The notes under the pieces are model-generated. The model was not told the origin of the DNA. It searched no databases and saw nothing but the letters and a program-made list of their open reading frames with translations. This document shows positions 1 to 9,346 of a stretch of DNA of 64,000 bases, piece by piece. Each line of letters begins with the position of its first letter. Position 1 is the stretch's first letter. The DNA is taken from NCBI GenBank assembly GCA_041497975.1, contig JBGQHN010000001.1, positions 3,888 to 67,887 of the forward strand, read 5' to 3'. The position numbers and the translations under genes were made by a program. This DNA is from Planctomycetia bacterium (GTDB lineage Bacteria > Planctomycetota > Planctomycetia > Pirellulales > PALSA-1355).

Positions 1-1
1 G

Positions 2-400
2 GACATCGAGAAAGATGCCCAGGCTGCAGATCGTTATGTCGCGGCCCGCGCCAAGCTGTATCTGGAACGACTCGCGGCCGGCGAACCAATCGCGGGAACG
101 TATCCTTACCCGATTCAAATCTGGCGGCTGGGGCCGAAGCTGACGTTCGTGGCCCTGGGGGGCGAGGTCGTCGTCGATTATGCTCTGCGAATCAAACAAG
201 AGCTGGGAGAAGATCGTACGTGGGTGGCCGGCTATAGCAACGACGTCATGGCCTACGTTCCCTCGCGCCGCGTGCTGGCCGAAGGCGGCTATGAAGGCGG
301 CGGAGCGATGGTGTACTACTCGCTGCCGTCGCCTTGGGCGCCGAGCGTTGAAGGGGCGATCATCGACGCGGTGCGCGCGACTGTGCTCAGGGCGAAATAG
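2..400 (+). CDS. Neutral/alkaline ceramidase-like hydrolase, C-terminal fragment (5' end outside window)
   Basis: Frame 2 is open from the window edge to TAG at 398-400. The translation ...YPYPIQIWRLGPKLTFVALGGEVVVDY...GYSNDVMAYVPSRRVLAEGGYEG... resembles the C-terminal part of non-lysosomal ceramidase-like proteins. Confidence 0.55.
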   Translation, partial: DIEKDAQAADRYVAARAKLYLERLAAGEPIAGTYPYPIQIWRLGPKLTFVALGGEVVVDYALRIKQELGEDRTWVAGYSNDVMAYVPSRRVLAEGGYEGGGAMVYYSLPSPWAPSVEGAIIDAVRATVLRAK

Positions 401-550
401 CATCACGCGCCGGTGCCGTTCGACTTACAAGGCGATCGGCGGTGCTTTTGGAAATCAAGGTCGCGCACGTTACAATGTGCATCGCGAGGGATCGTCGCAA
501 TCTGCTCGCGGTGCTAGTCTAGCCCAATGTGTTGAACCAAGGCACGGATC

Positions 551-1753
551 ATGCGAACGACGTGGACGTTCAGCTCGGCCGGCCAGATCATCTTTGGTCT
601 CGGTTCCACGCGCCAGTCGGGCGAGGTCGCCCGGCGGTTGGGACTGAAGCGCGTTCTGATTGTCACCGACAAGGCGCTTGTCGAAGCAGGTATTTGCGAA
701 GAAGTGCAAAGGCCGCTCGGCGGGCAAGTTACCCTAGACGTTTTCGCCGGCGGCGAGCCCGAGCCGTCGCTGCGCGCCGCCGATCGTTGTATCGAGCACG
801 CGCGCGACTTTCGGCCGGACGGGCTGATCGGCTTGGGCGGCGGCAGCAACATGGACCTGGCCAAGATGGCTGCCACGGTGCTGGCCCACGGCGGTTCGCC
901 GCGCGATTACCTGGGCGAAGACCGCATCGGCGGACCGATTTTGCCATTGGTCTGCATTCCCACGACTTCCGGCACCGGCAGCGAAGTTTCTGCATCGAGC
1001 GTCTTTACGGATCAAGACAACAACATCAAAGCCGGCGCGATGAGCAACTATCTGCGCCCGAAAGTGGCGATCGTCGATCCGCGGCTGACGCTCTCATGTC
1101 CGCGGAAGGTGACCGCCGACAGCGGCATCGACGCCATGACGCACGCCATCGAGGCATTTACGGCCGTCGACAACGCGGATTTCCCCTTGCCGCCCGGCGA
1201 AACGTCGTTGTACCAGGGTCGCCATCCGTTGGGCGATTGCCTGGCGGAAAAGGCGATCGCGATCATCGCCAAGAACCTGCCGACGGCGGTCGAAAGTCCC
1301 CACGATCTGGCGGCGCGCGAAGCCATGGCGCTGGGTGCGATGCTCGCCGGGCTGGCGTTTTCGAACGTCGGCGTTGCGCTGGTGCATGCGCTTGAATATC
1401 CGATCGGCGGCGCCACGCATTGCTCGCATGGCGCCGGCAACGGCATGCTGCTGCCCTACGTGATGCGCTACAACCTGCCGGCGCGCGAGCGAGAATTTGC
1501 CCGCGTCGCCGAGTTGCTGGGCGAAGACACCGCGGGCATGACACAATCGCAAGCCGCCGCGCAGGCCGTGACGGCGATCGAAAAACTCAATCGCCGCATC
1601 GGCATCCCCGCGCGGTTGAGCGAACTGGGGGCCCGCGCGGAGCAGATTCCCGAGTTTGCCGAAAAAGCGCTCGGCATCGTCCGGCTGATCCGCGTCAATC
1701 CGCGGGTTCCGACCGTGCCCGACATGGTGCAATTGCTTCGTGAAGCCTATTGA
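551..1753 (+). CDS. Iron-containing (group III) alcohol dehydrogenase
   Basis: 400 aa from an ATG start. Carries GLGGGSNMDLAK (NAD-binding glycine motif), DAMTHAIEAF and LVHALEYPIGGATHCSHG (metal-binding His cluster), all typical of the Fe-ADH family. Confidence 0.9.
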   Translation: MRTTWTFSSAGQIIFGLGSTRQSGEVARRLGLKRVLIVTDKALVEAGICEEVQRPLGGQVTLDVFAGGEPEPSLRAADRCIEHARDFRPDGLIGLGGGSNMDLAKMAATVLAHGGSPRDYLGEDRIGGPILPLVCIPTTSGTGSEVSASSVFTDQDNNIKAGAMSNYLRPKVAIVDPRLTLSCPRKVTADSGIDAMTHAIEAFTAVDNADFPLPPGETSLYQGRHPLGDCLAEKAIAIIAKNLPTAVESPHDLAAREAMALGAMLAGLAFSNVGVALVHALEYPIGGATHCSHGAGNGMLLPYVMRYNLPAREREFARVAELLGEDTAGMTQSQAAAQAVTAIEKLNRRIGIPARLSELGARAEQIPEFAEKALGIVRLIRVNPRVPTVPDMVQLLREAY

Positions 1754-1802
1754 ACACCGGGCCTGGGAACTTTTGAAGCTGGAAGGCGAATCGGGAATCC
1801 CC

Positions 1803-3023
1803 ATGAACCAATTCCACAACCGTCGCGAGTTTTTGGAACAACTGGGCTTGGCCTCGGCGATGTTGGCCGGATACACGGCCACGGCCCGCGGATTTGCGGC
1901 CAATGAGACCGTCCACATCGGCTGCATTGGCACGGGCGGGCGCTGCCAGGCCTTGATGCGCGCTCTCAAGGAAGTATCGGGGGTGCGAATTACGGCCGTC
2001 TGCGACGTGTGGGACGTGCACCTCGAGGCCGGCAGGAAACTGGCCGACGCGGGGGCCGCGACCACCAAGAATCACCACGAGTTGCTCGCGCGCGACGACG
2101 TCAACGCGGTCATCATTGGTACCCCCGACCACTGGCACGTGCCGATTACGATCGACGCCTGCATGGCGGGCAAGGACGTTTACGTGGAAAAACCGCTCAC
2201 GCACGATCTGTCCGAAGGTGCGGCCGTCATCCATGCACAGAATCAGTATCGGCGGATCGTGCAGGTCGGCACGCAGCAGCGCAGCATGCCGCAATTCCAG
2301 AAAGCATTCGAGATTCTGAAGTCGGGTCAGTTAGGCGATATTCACAAAGTCCATTTGACGTGGAACCGCAACACTCCGCGCTGGACGCGCGGCAATTACA
2401 ACGTCGACCCGAAGTCCGTCGATTGGAAGCGTTTTCTCGGGGCCGCGCCCGAGCAGCCCTTCGACGAATACCGGTTTCGCAATTGGCGCTGGTTTTGGAA
2501 TTTTGGCGGCGGCATTTTCACCGACCTGATGGTCCATCACGTCGATATTGCCCATTGGTTCTTGGGACTCGATCATCCCGAGGTCGCGACCTCGATCGGC
2601 GATATGTTCAAGGCCCAAGGGTTATGGGAAACGCCGGACTCCGTGCAGACCCTGCTGCGATATCCCGAGCGAGAAGCGCAGGTGTACTTCGAAGGCACTT
2701 TTGCGAACGCCCGCAATGGGGCCATGCTCGAATTCATGGGCAGCGAGGCCACGCTCTATCTCGACCGCGGGCGATACGAGATCCATCCGGAGCGCAACAA
2801 GAAGATCCAGTACAGCGAAATGGTGTTGGGCAGCGGTCCCCGCGGCGCTGACTTTTACGATCTGCCCAAGGGCGAGGTGTTGCACCTGGCCAACTGGGTC
2901 GAGTGCATCCGCAGCCGCGACAGGCCGAATTGCCCGGCCGAAGTCGGCGTGAGCGCGGCGGGGGCGGCGCACCTGGCCAACATGGCGCTGCGCAGCGGCC
3001 AGGTTGCGCGCTGGCAAGGTTGA
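1803..3023 (+). CDS. Gfo/Idh/MocA family oxidoreductase with twin-arginine signal
   Basis: ATG at 1803 gives MNQFHNRREFLEQLGLASAMLAG (TAT-like signal). This is followed by a Rossmann motif IGCIGTGGRCQ and the VYVEKPL motif of Gfo/Idh/MocA enzymes. The track ORF starting at 1740 overlaps the ADH stop and is probably too long. Confidence 0.85.
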   Translation: MNQFHNRREFLEQLGLASAMLAGYTATARGFAANETVHIGCIGTGGRCQALMRALKEVSGVRITAVCDVWDVHLEAGRKLADAGAATTKNHHELLARDDVNAVIIGTPDHWHVPITIDACMAGKDVYVEKPLTHDLSEGAAVIHAQNQYRRIVQVGTQQRSMPQFQKAFEILKSGQLGDIHKVHLTWNRNTPRWTRGNYNVDPKSVDWKRFLGAAPEQPFDEYRFRNWRWFWNFGGGIFTDLMVHHVDIAHWFLGLDHPEVATSIGDMFKAQGLWETPDSVQTLLRYPEREAQVYFEGTFANARNGAMLEFMGSEATLYLDRGRYEIHPERNKKIQYSEMVLGSGPRGADFYDLPKGEVLHLANWVECIRSRDRPNCPAEVGVSAAGAAHLANMALRSGQVARWQG

Positions 3024-3054
3024 TGCTTGAAAAGCGCCGGCCGCGACCGCCCGG

Positions 3055-3606
3055 TTAGCGCCGCACCAAGTTGTGGGTCTTGAGGATTAACACGCAGCTT
3101 GGGGCGTGCGTGATTCGGCCGTCGAGCACCATCTGCACCGCTTCGGCAAACGGCACGGCATGACGACGGATCTGTTCCGTGCCCTCCAGCTTCGCGGTTC
3201 CAAAGCTCAACTTGCGGGCCAGAAATAACCGCGTGGGCGAGACGACAACCGACGTGAAGGGATCGCACACGCCCAGGTCGATCCACTCGCCGGCCGTGAC
3301 GCCCAATTCTTCCTCGAGCTCTCGGCGAGCGGTCAGCTCGGCGTCTTCGCCCGGCTCGATCCCGCCGCTGACGACCTCGATCGTAGTCCGGCCCACGCCG
3401 TAGTGAAATTCCTCGGTGAGATACGCCGTCCCAACGTCGTCCAACGCCAGCACCGAGACCCCCGGCTTCAAATGCAGAATGCAATGAGATCCGGGCGATC
3501 CGTCGGGCCGGATCACCTCATCGCGGTGGAGCTGAATCCAGCGATCGCGATAGACTTCCTTGCGAGAAAGGATTTGCCAGGGACCATGGCGCGTGGGAAT
3601 TGTCAT
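3055..3606 (-). CDS. NUDIX hydrolase (ADP-ribose pyrophosphatase-like)
   Basis: Nudix box GGIEPGEDAELTARRELEEELG. ATG at 3606 is preferred over the upstream TTG at 3627. Confidence 0.85.
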   Translation of the reverse strand: MTIPTRHGPWQILSRKEVYRDRWIQLHRDEVIRPDGSPGSHCILHLKPGVSVLALDDVGTAYLTEEFHYGVGRTTIEVVSGGIEPGEDAELTARRELEEELGVTAGEWIDLGVCDPFTSVVVSPTRLFLARKLSFGTAKLEGTEQIRRHAVPFAEAVQMVLDGRITHAPSCVLILKTHNLVRR

Positions 3607-3747
3607 GGAACTCGATTGTGGCGGCAAAGGGAAAGGCTGCCGGCCAATCTTAATGAGAAAGCCCGGTCGTGCATACCCGCATTTGCGCGCGCCGTTGAGG
3701 CGATTGCGTCGTCGCCCCGACGCCAGCGCGAGTACTTGAATGCTGTC

Positions 3748-4302
3748 TTACTCAAATAACAACGGACCGGCGCGGCTGGGTATCGCCGACGGATAGGTCA
3801 AGTATCCCCGCGGTGAAATGCGTGCCTGGGGATTGAGCACGTGCGGTTTGCTCGTTGTCGCGTCGATGAGGTGCACGACGTCGATGCCGCGCGCTACCAG
3901 CGCGTCGGAAATCAGCCAGCGATGGCAACTCCAGGGAACCGCCTCGGCACACATGATGGCCGTCGTGCGGTCGCTAGCGCTCGCCATCAAGCGCTCGAGG
4001 GCCGCCAGAAATACCGGCGTCGACATATGGTCGGCGAACGCACGAAAACTTGCATTCTTCCAGTAAGCATTCGGCGAATTCGCCTGCGGGCGGCGGCGAC
4101 CGCCCAAGTCGGCCTCATGAATGTACGCAATGCCTGCTTCGTTCAGTGAGTCCTTCAGGAGGGCGGCGGAGAAGTGTGGGAAGCGCCGCGACGCGGGAAA
4201 TTGGCGGACATCGACCAACACCTCGACGCCAGCGGTCTTGAGCAATTCTCGAAAGTCGTTCGCGCTGCGCGTTGAATGCCCAATCGTATAGACGCTCGCC
4301 AT
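3748..4302 (-). CDS. DUF488 domain-containing protein
   Basis: From ATG 4302 the protein reads MASVYTIGHSTRSANDFRELL...VLVDVRQFPASRRFPHF...AIMCAEAVPWSCHRWLI, which is the DUF488 signature. The upstream part of the track ORF has no support. Confidence 0.8.
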   Translation of the reverse strand: MASVYTIGHSTRSANDFRELLKTAGVEVLVDVRQFPASRRFPHFSAALLKDSLNEAGIAYIHEADLGGRRRPQANSPNAYWKNASFRAFADHMSTPVFLAALERLMASASDRTTAIMCAEAVPWSCHRWLISDALVARGIDVVHLIDATTSKPHVLNPQARISPRGYLTYPSAIPSRAGPLLFE

Positions 4303-4497
4303 GTTGCTCGCCAAACGGGGGACTCGACAAACCGCAACCACTTCCATCGTAGCGCAGTTTCGCCGATGTTCAACCGAGCCCGACAACTTGCTTGTCAAAA
4401 GCTCTTGTGAGAATGAATTGCAACGCCCTGCCCTGCCGCGTATAACTGGCCGGCGTTAGACGGTTCGTCCCCACACACAGGGCTCGGGCAAGCGAAC

Positions 4498-6057
4498 GTG
4501 GATTCTCATTTGCCGATTGAGGGCGAGCCGTGGTGGTTGCGTTTGCCTTGGGACCGGCTGGGCTTGGTGCTCGGCCCGGCGGCCATGTTGGCGTGGATGG
4601 CCTGGGGCCCAAGGCACGACGTGACGCCCGAGGCTCATCGACTGGTGGGCGTGCTGCTGCTGACGATCATCTGGTGGCTGACCGAGCCGATTCCAATTCC
4701 GGCCACCGGATTGCTTGGCGTGGCCTTGTCGGTCATGGTCGGCGCCATCCCGCGCGACGTCGGCGGCAAGCCCCCCGCGGTCATTGCGCTGGAACCGTTC
4801 GGCAACCCGACGCTCTTTTTCTTGTTGGGCGGAATGTTCATCGGCCGGGCGATGAGCCGTCATGGGCTCGATCGTCGGATCGCACTGTCGATTCTGACGG
4901 CGCCCGGGGCCGCCCGCACGCCGAACACGTTGCTGGCCGCCGTCGGGCTGTCGGTGATGTTGATTTCGATGTGGATCTCGAACACGGCGGCCACGGCGAT
5001 GATCTGTCCGGTAACGCTGGGCATCATTGGCGTGCTGGCAGCGGGAATGGAAGGGGGCGAAGACGGGTTCGCCCGTTCGCCCTATGCTTCCGCGCTGTTG
5101 TTGATGACGGCGTATGCGTCGAGCGTGGGCGGAATCGCCACGCCGATTGGCACGACCACGAACGTCGTGGCGATGGGCTATTTTCGACAAACGGACTATT
5201 TTGGTCGTCCGGTGGATTTCGCACGCTGGAGCGTGGTCGGCGTGCCGATGATGCTCGCGCTTGGACTTGCGCTGTTTGCATGGCTGCGCTTTCTTGCGCC
5301 CCGGGACAAACTGGATCTTTCAGCCGTGCGCGCCCATCTTGCCCGCGAGCGCGCTAAATTGGGAAGCTGGTCGGTGGGCGAGTGGAACACGCTGGCCGTG
5401 TTTGTGGCGGTCGTGGCTCTGTGGATCGCCCCGTCGGTGCTGGTTCTGGCGGGAATGGAGGAAGAGAGTCGCTGGTTCAACGCGCATTTCCCCGAGGAGA
5501 TTGTGGCGCTCATTGCGCCGGTCTTGCTGTTTCTGCTTCCGATCGATTGGCGGCAGCGAAGATTCTCATTGGAGATCGACGACTTCGCTCGGATCGACTG
5601 GGGCACGCTCATGTTGTTCGGCTCCGGTCTGTCCCTGGGCAGCCTCATGGTTCGCACCGGCCTGGTCCGCGTACTAGGACAAAGCGCGTTCGATTGGCTG
5701 GGAACGGACGACATCTGGTTGATTACGGCCATGGCAATCGTGGGCGGTATTCTGTTGAGCGAATTCACCAGCAACGCCGCCGCGGCCACCGCGTTGATTC
5801 CGGTGGTCATGGCCATCTGCCAGGAGGCGGGCGTCGACAAGGTCCCCCCGCTGATGGGCGTGACCTTCGCCGCCAGCTTTGGCTCCGCGCTGCCGGTTTC
5901 CACCCCGCCCAACGCGATTGTCTACGGCTCCGGACTGCTGCCGGCGCGGAGGATGATGTTGGCCGGAGTAGGATTCGACGTCGCGTGCGGCGTCGTCATC
6001 TGGATCGTGCTGCGCGCGGCTTACACGCTGGGATGGACGCCGATCACGTCGCTTTAG
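4498..6057 (+). CDS. DASS/SLC13 family anion (dicarboxylate/sulfate) transporter
   Basis: 519 aa from a GTG start, polytopic. Has LTIIWWLTEPIPIPATGLLG and a second repeat half with SNAAAATALIPV / SALPVSTPPNAIVY, typical of the paired hairpins in DASS/ArsB-NhaD superfamily permeases. Confidence 0.85.
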   Translation: MDSHLPIEGEPWWLRLPWDRLGLVLGPAAMLAWMAWGPRHDVTPEAHRLVGVLLLTIIWWLTEPIPIPATGLLGVALSVMVGAIPRDVGGKPPAVIALEPFGNPTLFFLLGGMFIGRAMSRHGLDRRIALSILTAPGAARTPNTLLAAVGLSVMLISMWISNTAATAMICPVTLGIIGVLAAGMEGGEDGFARSPYASALLLMTAYASSVGGIATPIGTTTNVVAMGYFRQTDYFGRPVDFARWSVVGVPMMLALGLALFAWLRFLAPRDKLDLSAVRAHLARERAKLGSWSVGEWNTLAVFVAVVALWIAPSVLVLAGMEEESRWFNAHFPEEIVALIAPVLLFLLPIDWRQRRFSLEIDDFARIDWGTLMLFGSGLSLGSLMVRTGLVRVLGQSAFDWLGTDDIWLITAMAIVGGILLSEFTSNAAAATALIPVVMAICQEAGVDKVPPLMGVTFAASFGSALPVSTPPNAIVYGSGLLPARRMMLAGVGFDVACGVVIWIVLRAAYTLGWTPITSL

Positions 6058-6121
6058 CACACCCGTCGAGAGGAAGCGGCCCGTGCCTTGTCTGGCCGCG
6101 GTACGGCGTGGCGGCGGCTTG

Positions 6122-6385
6122 TTAGCGCTCCTTGCGCTTCAACTTGGCGTCGTTCTCTTTCATGAACGCCCGCAGCTCGCTGGCAAAGTTGAGCAAGCGG
6201 TCCCACTGCTCGACATAGAGCGTTACCGGCATGCGCTGCAATCCGTAGACGCTGATGGCGCCTTTTTCGCTTACCTTGCAATACAAGGCCCCGCGCTTCG
6301 GTTCGAGGCCGGCCAAAAGTTTCGAAGCTTCTTCGACCTTGAGCTGTCCGGCCGCGAGCTTGGCCAGGATTTCTTCTTTATCCAT
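6122..6385 (-). CDS. Small hypothetical protein with SHOCT-like N-terminal helix
   Basis: ATG 6385 is preceded by GGGAGGG 8 nt upstream. MDKEEILAKLAAGQLKVEEASKLLAGL resembles SHOCT-like (LiaX/YvlB N-terminal type) helices. The remaining ~60 aa (LYCKVSEKGAISVYGLQRMPVTLYVEQW...) matched nothing I recognise. It lies 28 nt downstream of the DAC-like gene. Confidence 0.5.
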   Translation of the reverse strand: MDKEEILAKLAAGQLKVEEASKLLAGLEPKRGALYCKVSEKGAISVYGLQRMPVTLYVEQWDRLLNFASELRAFMKENDAKLKRKER

Positions 6386-6413
6386 CGACCCACCCTCCCA
6401 TGGTTCGCTCATT

Positions 6414-7802
6414 TCAGGCCACGCGCGCGTTGACGCGCCGCAACAACGGACCTTGCTGCTGGCCGGGGACAAAACCATTAACCGGCCTGTACGCAAGCTG
6501 CACGTCAATGTTTTCCCACAAAACCAGGCTGTCGGCAATCCTCGTCATGGCCCGAATGTCGCCGTCCTGCGAGACCACGAAACCCAGAGCTCCCGGTTTG
6601 TCGTAACAGTACCGCATCATGGCCCGATGGCGCGTGCCGTATTGCGTCAATTCGGACTGCCGCAGCAACTTTGGGTCGGCGTGAGAATCGCGAGCCACGA
6701 AGATGTCGCTAAGCAGATTGTCGGTGCGCACTTCGACTCCAAATCCGTGCACCACCATGCGGCGATCCACAAGCACAAAACCGTCGACGCAAGACAGAGA
6801 GGCAATGAACCGCACCGCCCCCAGAACTTCGTTCTTGTGCTCGCGAGATTCCCAAGCCCAGGGCACGTCGCCGCGCCCGGCGTAGGGCAGCACGTCGCGG
6901 CCGTTGCTCGCCTCTCCCTCCGCACGAGTATGCGACGGATGCAACTGGCTTTCGACCATGCGGCGCAGCGCCTTGAGCAACCGATCGTAGCGAATCTTGT
7001 ACTTGACGTTCAGACCGTCGAGCGTTGTTTGCGGCGTGATCAACAATCCGCCGCCGTGCCGATAGCGTTGGATATTCATCAAGATGCGGCAGATCGCGTT
7101 TAGCCACCGCATCAAGAGCTCGGCCTCCAGATCGACCGGCGAAACTTGCTCGGGCGTTTTTGATCCCGTGTCAACCAGATAGCTCCGCAGGCAATTGGCC
7201 AACAGGTCGTGAACGGGGCCCGACCAGAGCACGTCGTGGTACTCTTCGACAAGCGTATTCTGCTCCAGGCTGCCAATGAGCAGGTCGTTTTGATATACCG
7301 AGATATTGCCTACGCCCGTGATCGTGGCTTGAAACAAACCGGGCCGCTCGGGCGTTGTGCCGGCGTCGAGCGCGATGAAATCGCTGTGGCGCGGCTCTTG
7401 GTCGACCATGCCCCAAATGAACAGCTTGTTCTTCTTGTCGCGAAACACCGCCAACGACGAGACGGCCGGATCGGCGGCCCGAGCCAGCTTGGACAGTGTG
7501 CGCACGTCGAATGGCAAGGGCCGCTCGAATGGCACGTGGCTCCAACAGTCGGCCGGGCGCTGCGCCGCGGCTTGGCCCTGGCGCTCGTCGGGATCTACAA
7601 AATTCACGGTGCAAAAGATCGGCCGTCCCTCGTCGGTCTTCAGGCTGGCGAAATACAACGTTTCGAGCAGTCGGGTGAGAACGGCTTCGGCCGGCGCGCC
7701 GCCGTGTTGGCTGCGAAGACGTGTCGCGACCAACTTCGCCAAGTGGCCCGGATATTGCGTGGTTCGATCGATCATCAGGCGGTCGCCGGCGACTGCTAGC
7801 AC
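6414..7802 (-). CDS. Hypothetical protein with C-terminal diadenylate-cyclase-like (DisA_N/DAC-like) domain
   Basis: 462 aa from GTG 7802 (alternative ATG at 7775). The C-terminal third has, in order, RHGGGLLITP, VDGFVLVDRRMVVHGFGVEV, YGTRHRAMMRYC and ALGFVVSQDGDIRAMTR. These parallel the DAC-domain blocks (GALIV, DGA..I, GTRHRAA, VVSEE.G.IS). The ~300-aa N-terminal region is unrecognised. Confidence 0.6.
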   Translation of the reverse strand: MLAVAGDRLMIDRTTQYPGHLAKLVATRLRSQHGGAPAEAVLTRLLETLYFASLKTDEGRPIFCTVNFVDPDERQGQAAAQRPADCWSHVPFERPLPFDVRTLSKLARAADPAVSSLAVFRDKKNKLFIWGMVDQEPRHSDFIALDAGTTPERPGLFQATITGVGNISVYQNDLLIGSLEQNTLVEEYHDVLWSGPVHDLLANCLRSYLVDTGSKTPEQVSPVDLEAELLMRWLNAICRILMNIQRYRHGGGLLITPQTTLDGLNVKYKIRYDRLLKALRRMVESQLHPSHTRAEGEASNGRDVLPYAGRGDVPWAWESREHKNEVLGAVRFIASLSCVDGFVLVDRRMVVHGFGVEVRTDNLLSDIFVARDSHADPKLLRQSELTQYGTRHRAMMRYCYDKPGALGFVVSQDGDIRAMTRIADSLVLWENIDVQLAYRPVNGFVPGQQQGPLLRRVNARVA

Positions 7803-8012
7803 ATGGGTGCGCGGTATGGGACGGCGGACTTATCGGAAAACAGCTCCGGCGCGTCAAGGCCGACTGGGCCCGGCCAGTTTTCTGGTTTGCCGCAAATGCC
7901 GCAATTCAAGGGTTTCAACAGGGCACGCGAGATTCGCATGCTAGTGGCCGCAGGGCCGTTCAAGTAAAATCCGCGCATGGAGTTTCTCTCCTTTAGCTCA
8001 AGGGCGAACAAC

Positions 8013-8282
8013 ATGAAAACGTTTCTGTGCATAGCGGGGGCCTGCGGCGCGGTGGCGTTATTGGGCGCAAATTTCATCACGCAGAGCGAAGCTATCGTGT
8101 CGGGGGCATTGACGGAGCTCAAGTTCGAGCCGCTGCCGGGCAAGCCTGGGCTGGTCGGGGCTCCGCCCAAGTTCAAGGCGACCAAAGAGACGATCGGCTA
8201 TCTCGACAAGCTCGTGAAAGAAGGCAAGATCATCGAAATCCAAGCCAACGGCGCGCTGAATATCATCGACGCGAAAAAGTAA
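8013..8282 (+). CDS. Small secreted hypothetical protein
   Basis: ATG 8013 gives [27 protein letters not shown] (signal peptide) and a ~60-aa mature part. No family recognised. Confidence 0.45.
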   Translation: MKTFLCIAGACGAVALLGANFITQSEAIVSGALTELKFEPLPGKPGLVGAPPKFKATKETIGYLDKLVKEGKIIEIQANGALNIIDAKK

Positions 8283-8305
8283 CCGGAAAAATTCGGCAAA
8301 GCGGC

Positions 8306-8728
8306 ATGAAATCGCGCACAGAATACTTGACCTTCAACCTGCCGGCCCGCATGGCGTTCGAGAACATCACGCCCAAGGTGCAGAAAATCGTGCGCGCCAG
8401 CGGCGTGCGCGAAGGCCTGGTCCTGGTGAACGCCATGCACATTACCGCCAGCGTGTTTATCAACGACGACGAGCCGGGGTTGCACGAAGACTACAAGAAA
8501 TGGCTCGAAGAGCTGGCGCCGTTCGACCCTTCGCCCGAGCGCTATCATCATAATCGCACAGGCGAAGACAACGCCGACGCCCACATGAAGCGCCAGATCA
8601 TGGGCCGCGAAGTTGTCGTTGCCATCACCAACGGCAACCTGGACTTCGGTCCGTGGGAGCAGATTTTCTACGGAGAATTTGACGGCCGACGGCCTAAACG
8701 AGTGCTGGTGAAAGTCATCGGAGAGTAA
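8306..8728 (+). CDS. YjbQ/UPF0047 family protein (secondary thiamine-phosphate synthase-like)
   Basis: 140 aa from ATG 8306. [26 protein letters not shown]...[40 protein letters not shown] is the YjbQ family pattern. The upstream 93 codons of the track ORF are a GC artefact. Confidence 0.9.
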   Translation: MKSRTEYLTFNLPARMAFENITPKVQKIVRASGVREGLVLVNAMHITASVFINDDEPGLHEDYKKWLEELAPFDPSPERYHHNRTGEDNADAHMKRQIMGREVVVAITNGNLDFGPWEQIFYGEFDGRRPKRVLVKVIGE

Positions 8729-8761
8729 CATCGTCCAGTCGACGAGGGACCGAAACGGACC

Positions 8762-9232
8762 ATGATTCGCAAGATTGCCGCCGGCGCGGGCATTGGCCTG
8801 GCGATTGCCGTCGCGTCGTTTGCATATCTCGCCGCCTTGAGCATCTTTTCCAAGCGGCCGTCGAACCTCGGCCTGGTGGATGGTCGATTGCGCGCCTGCC
8901 CGAACTCTCCGAATTGCGTTTGCACGCAGGCGACCGACGCAGAGCATCGCATCGAGCCGTTCAGGTTCGCCGGCAGCGCCGCTGAAGCGCTCGAGCGGCT
9001 CAAGCAAGTCATCGGCGCGCTGCCACGGACGAAGATCGTGACGACAAGCGGCGACTACGTGCACGTTGAATTCACGACGCTGGTCATGCGATTTGTCGAC
9101 GACGTGGAATTTGCCGTCGACGAGAAAACCAGGACGATCCACTTTCTCTCCGCGTCGCGCGTCGGGTACTCCGACCTGGGCGTCAATCGCCGCCGCATGG
9201 AGTCCATTCGCGCGGCATTCGAAAAAAGTTGA
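8762..9232 (+). CDS. DUF1499 domain-containing protein
   Basis: N-terminal TM helix, then CPNSPNCVCTQ and VEFTTLVMRFVDDVEFAVDE...SASRVGYSDLGVNRRRME, typical of DUF1499. Confidence 0.8.
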   Translation: MIRKIAAGAGIGLAIAVASFAYLAALSIFSKRPSNLGLVDGRLRACPNSPNCVCTQATDAEHRIEPFRFAGSAAEALERLKQVIGALPRTKIVTTSGDYVHVEFTTLVMRFVDDVEFAVDEKTRTIHFLSASRVGYSDLGVNRRRMESIRAAFEKS

Positions 9233-9346
9233 TCCTCGCGGGGCGGTCCCAGCCGGCGGCCGCGGAGCGCCCCCTGCCCTGCTCTCTTGGCTCGGTGCCT
9301 TCTCGCGCCTGAAGCGCGGGCGGCGAGTCGCCACACGCGGGTGACC

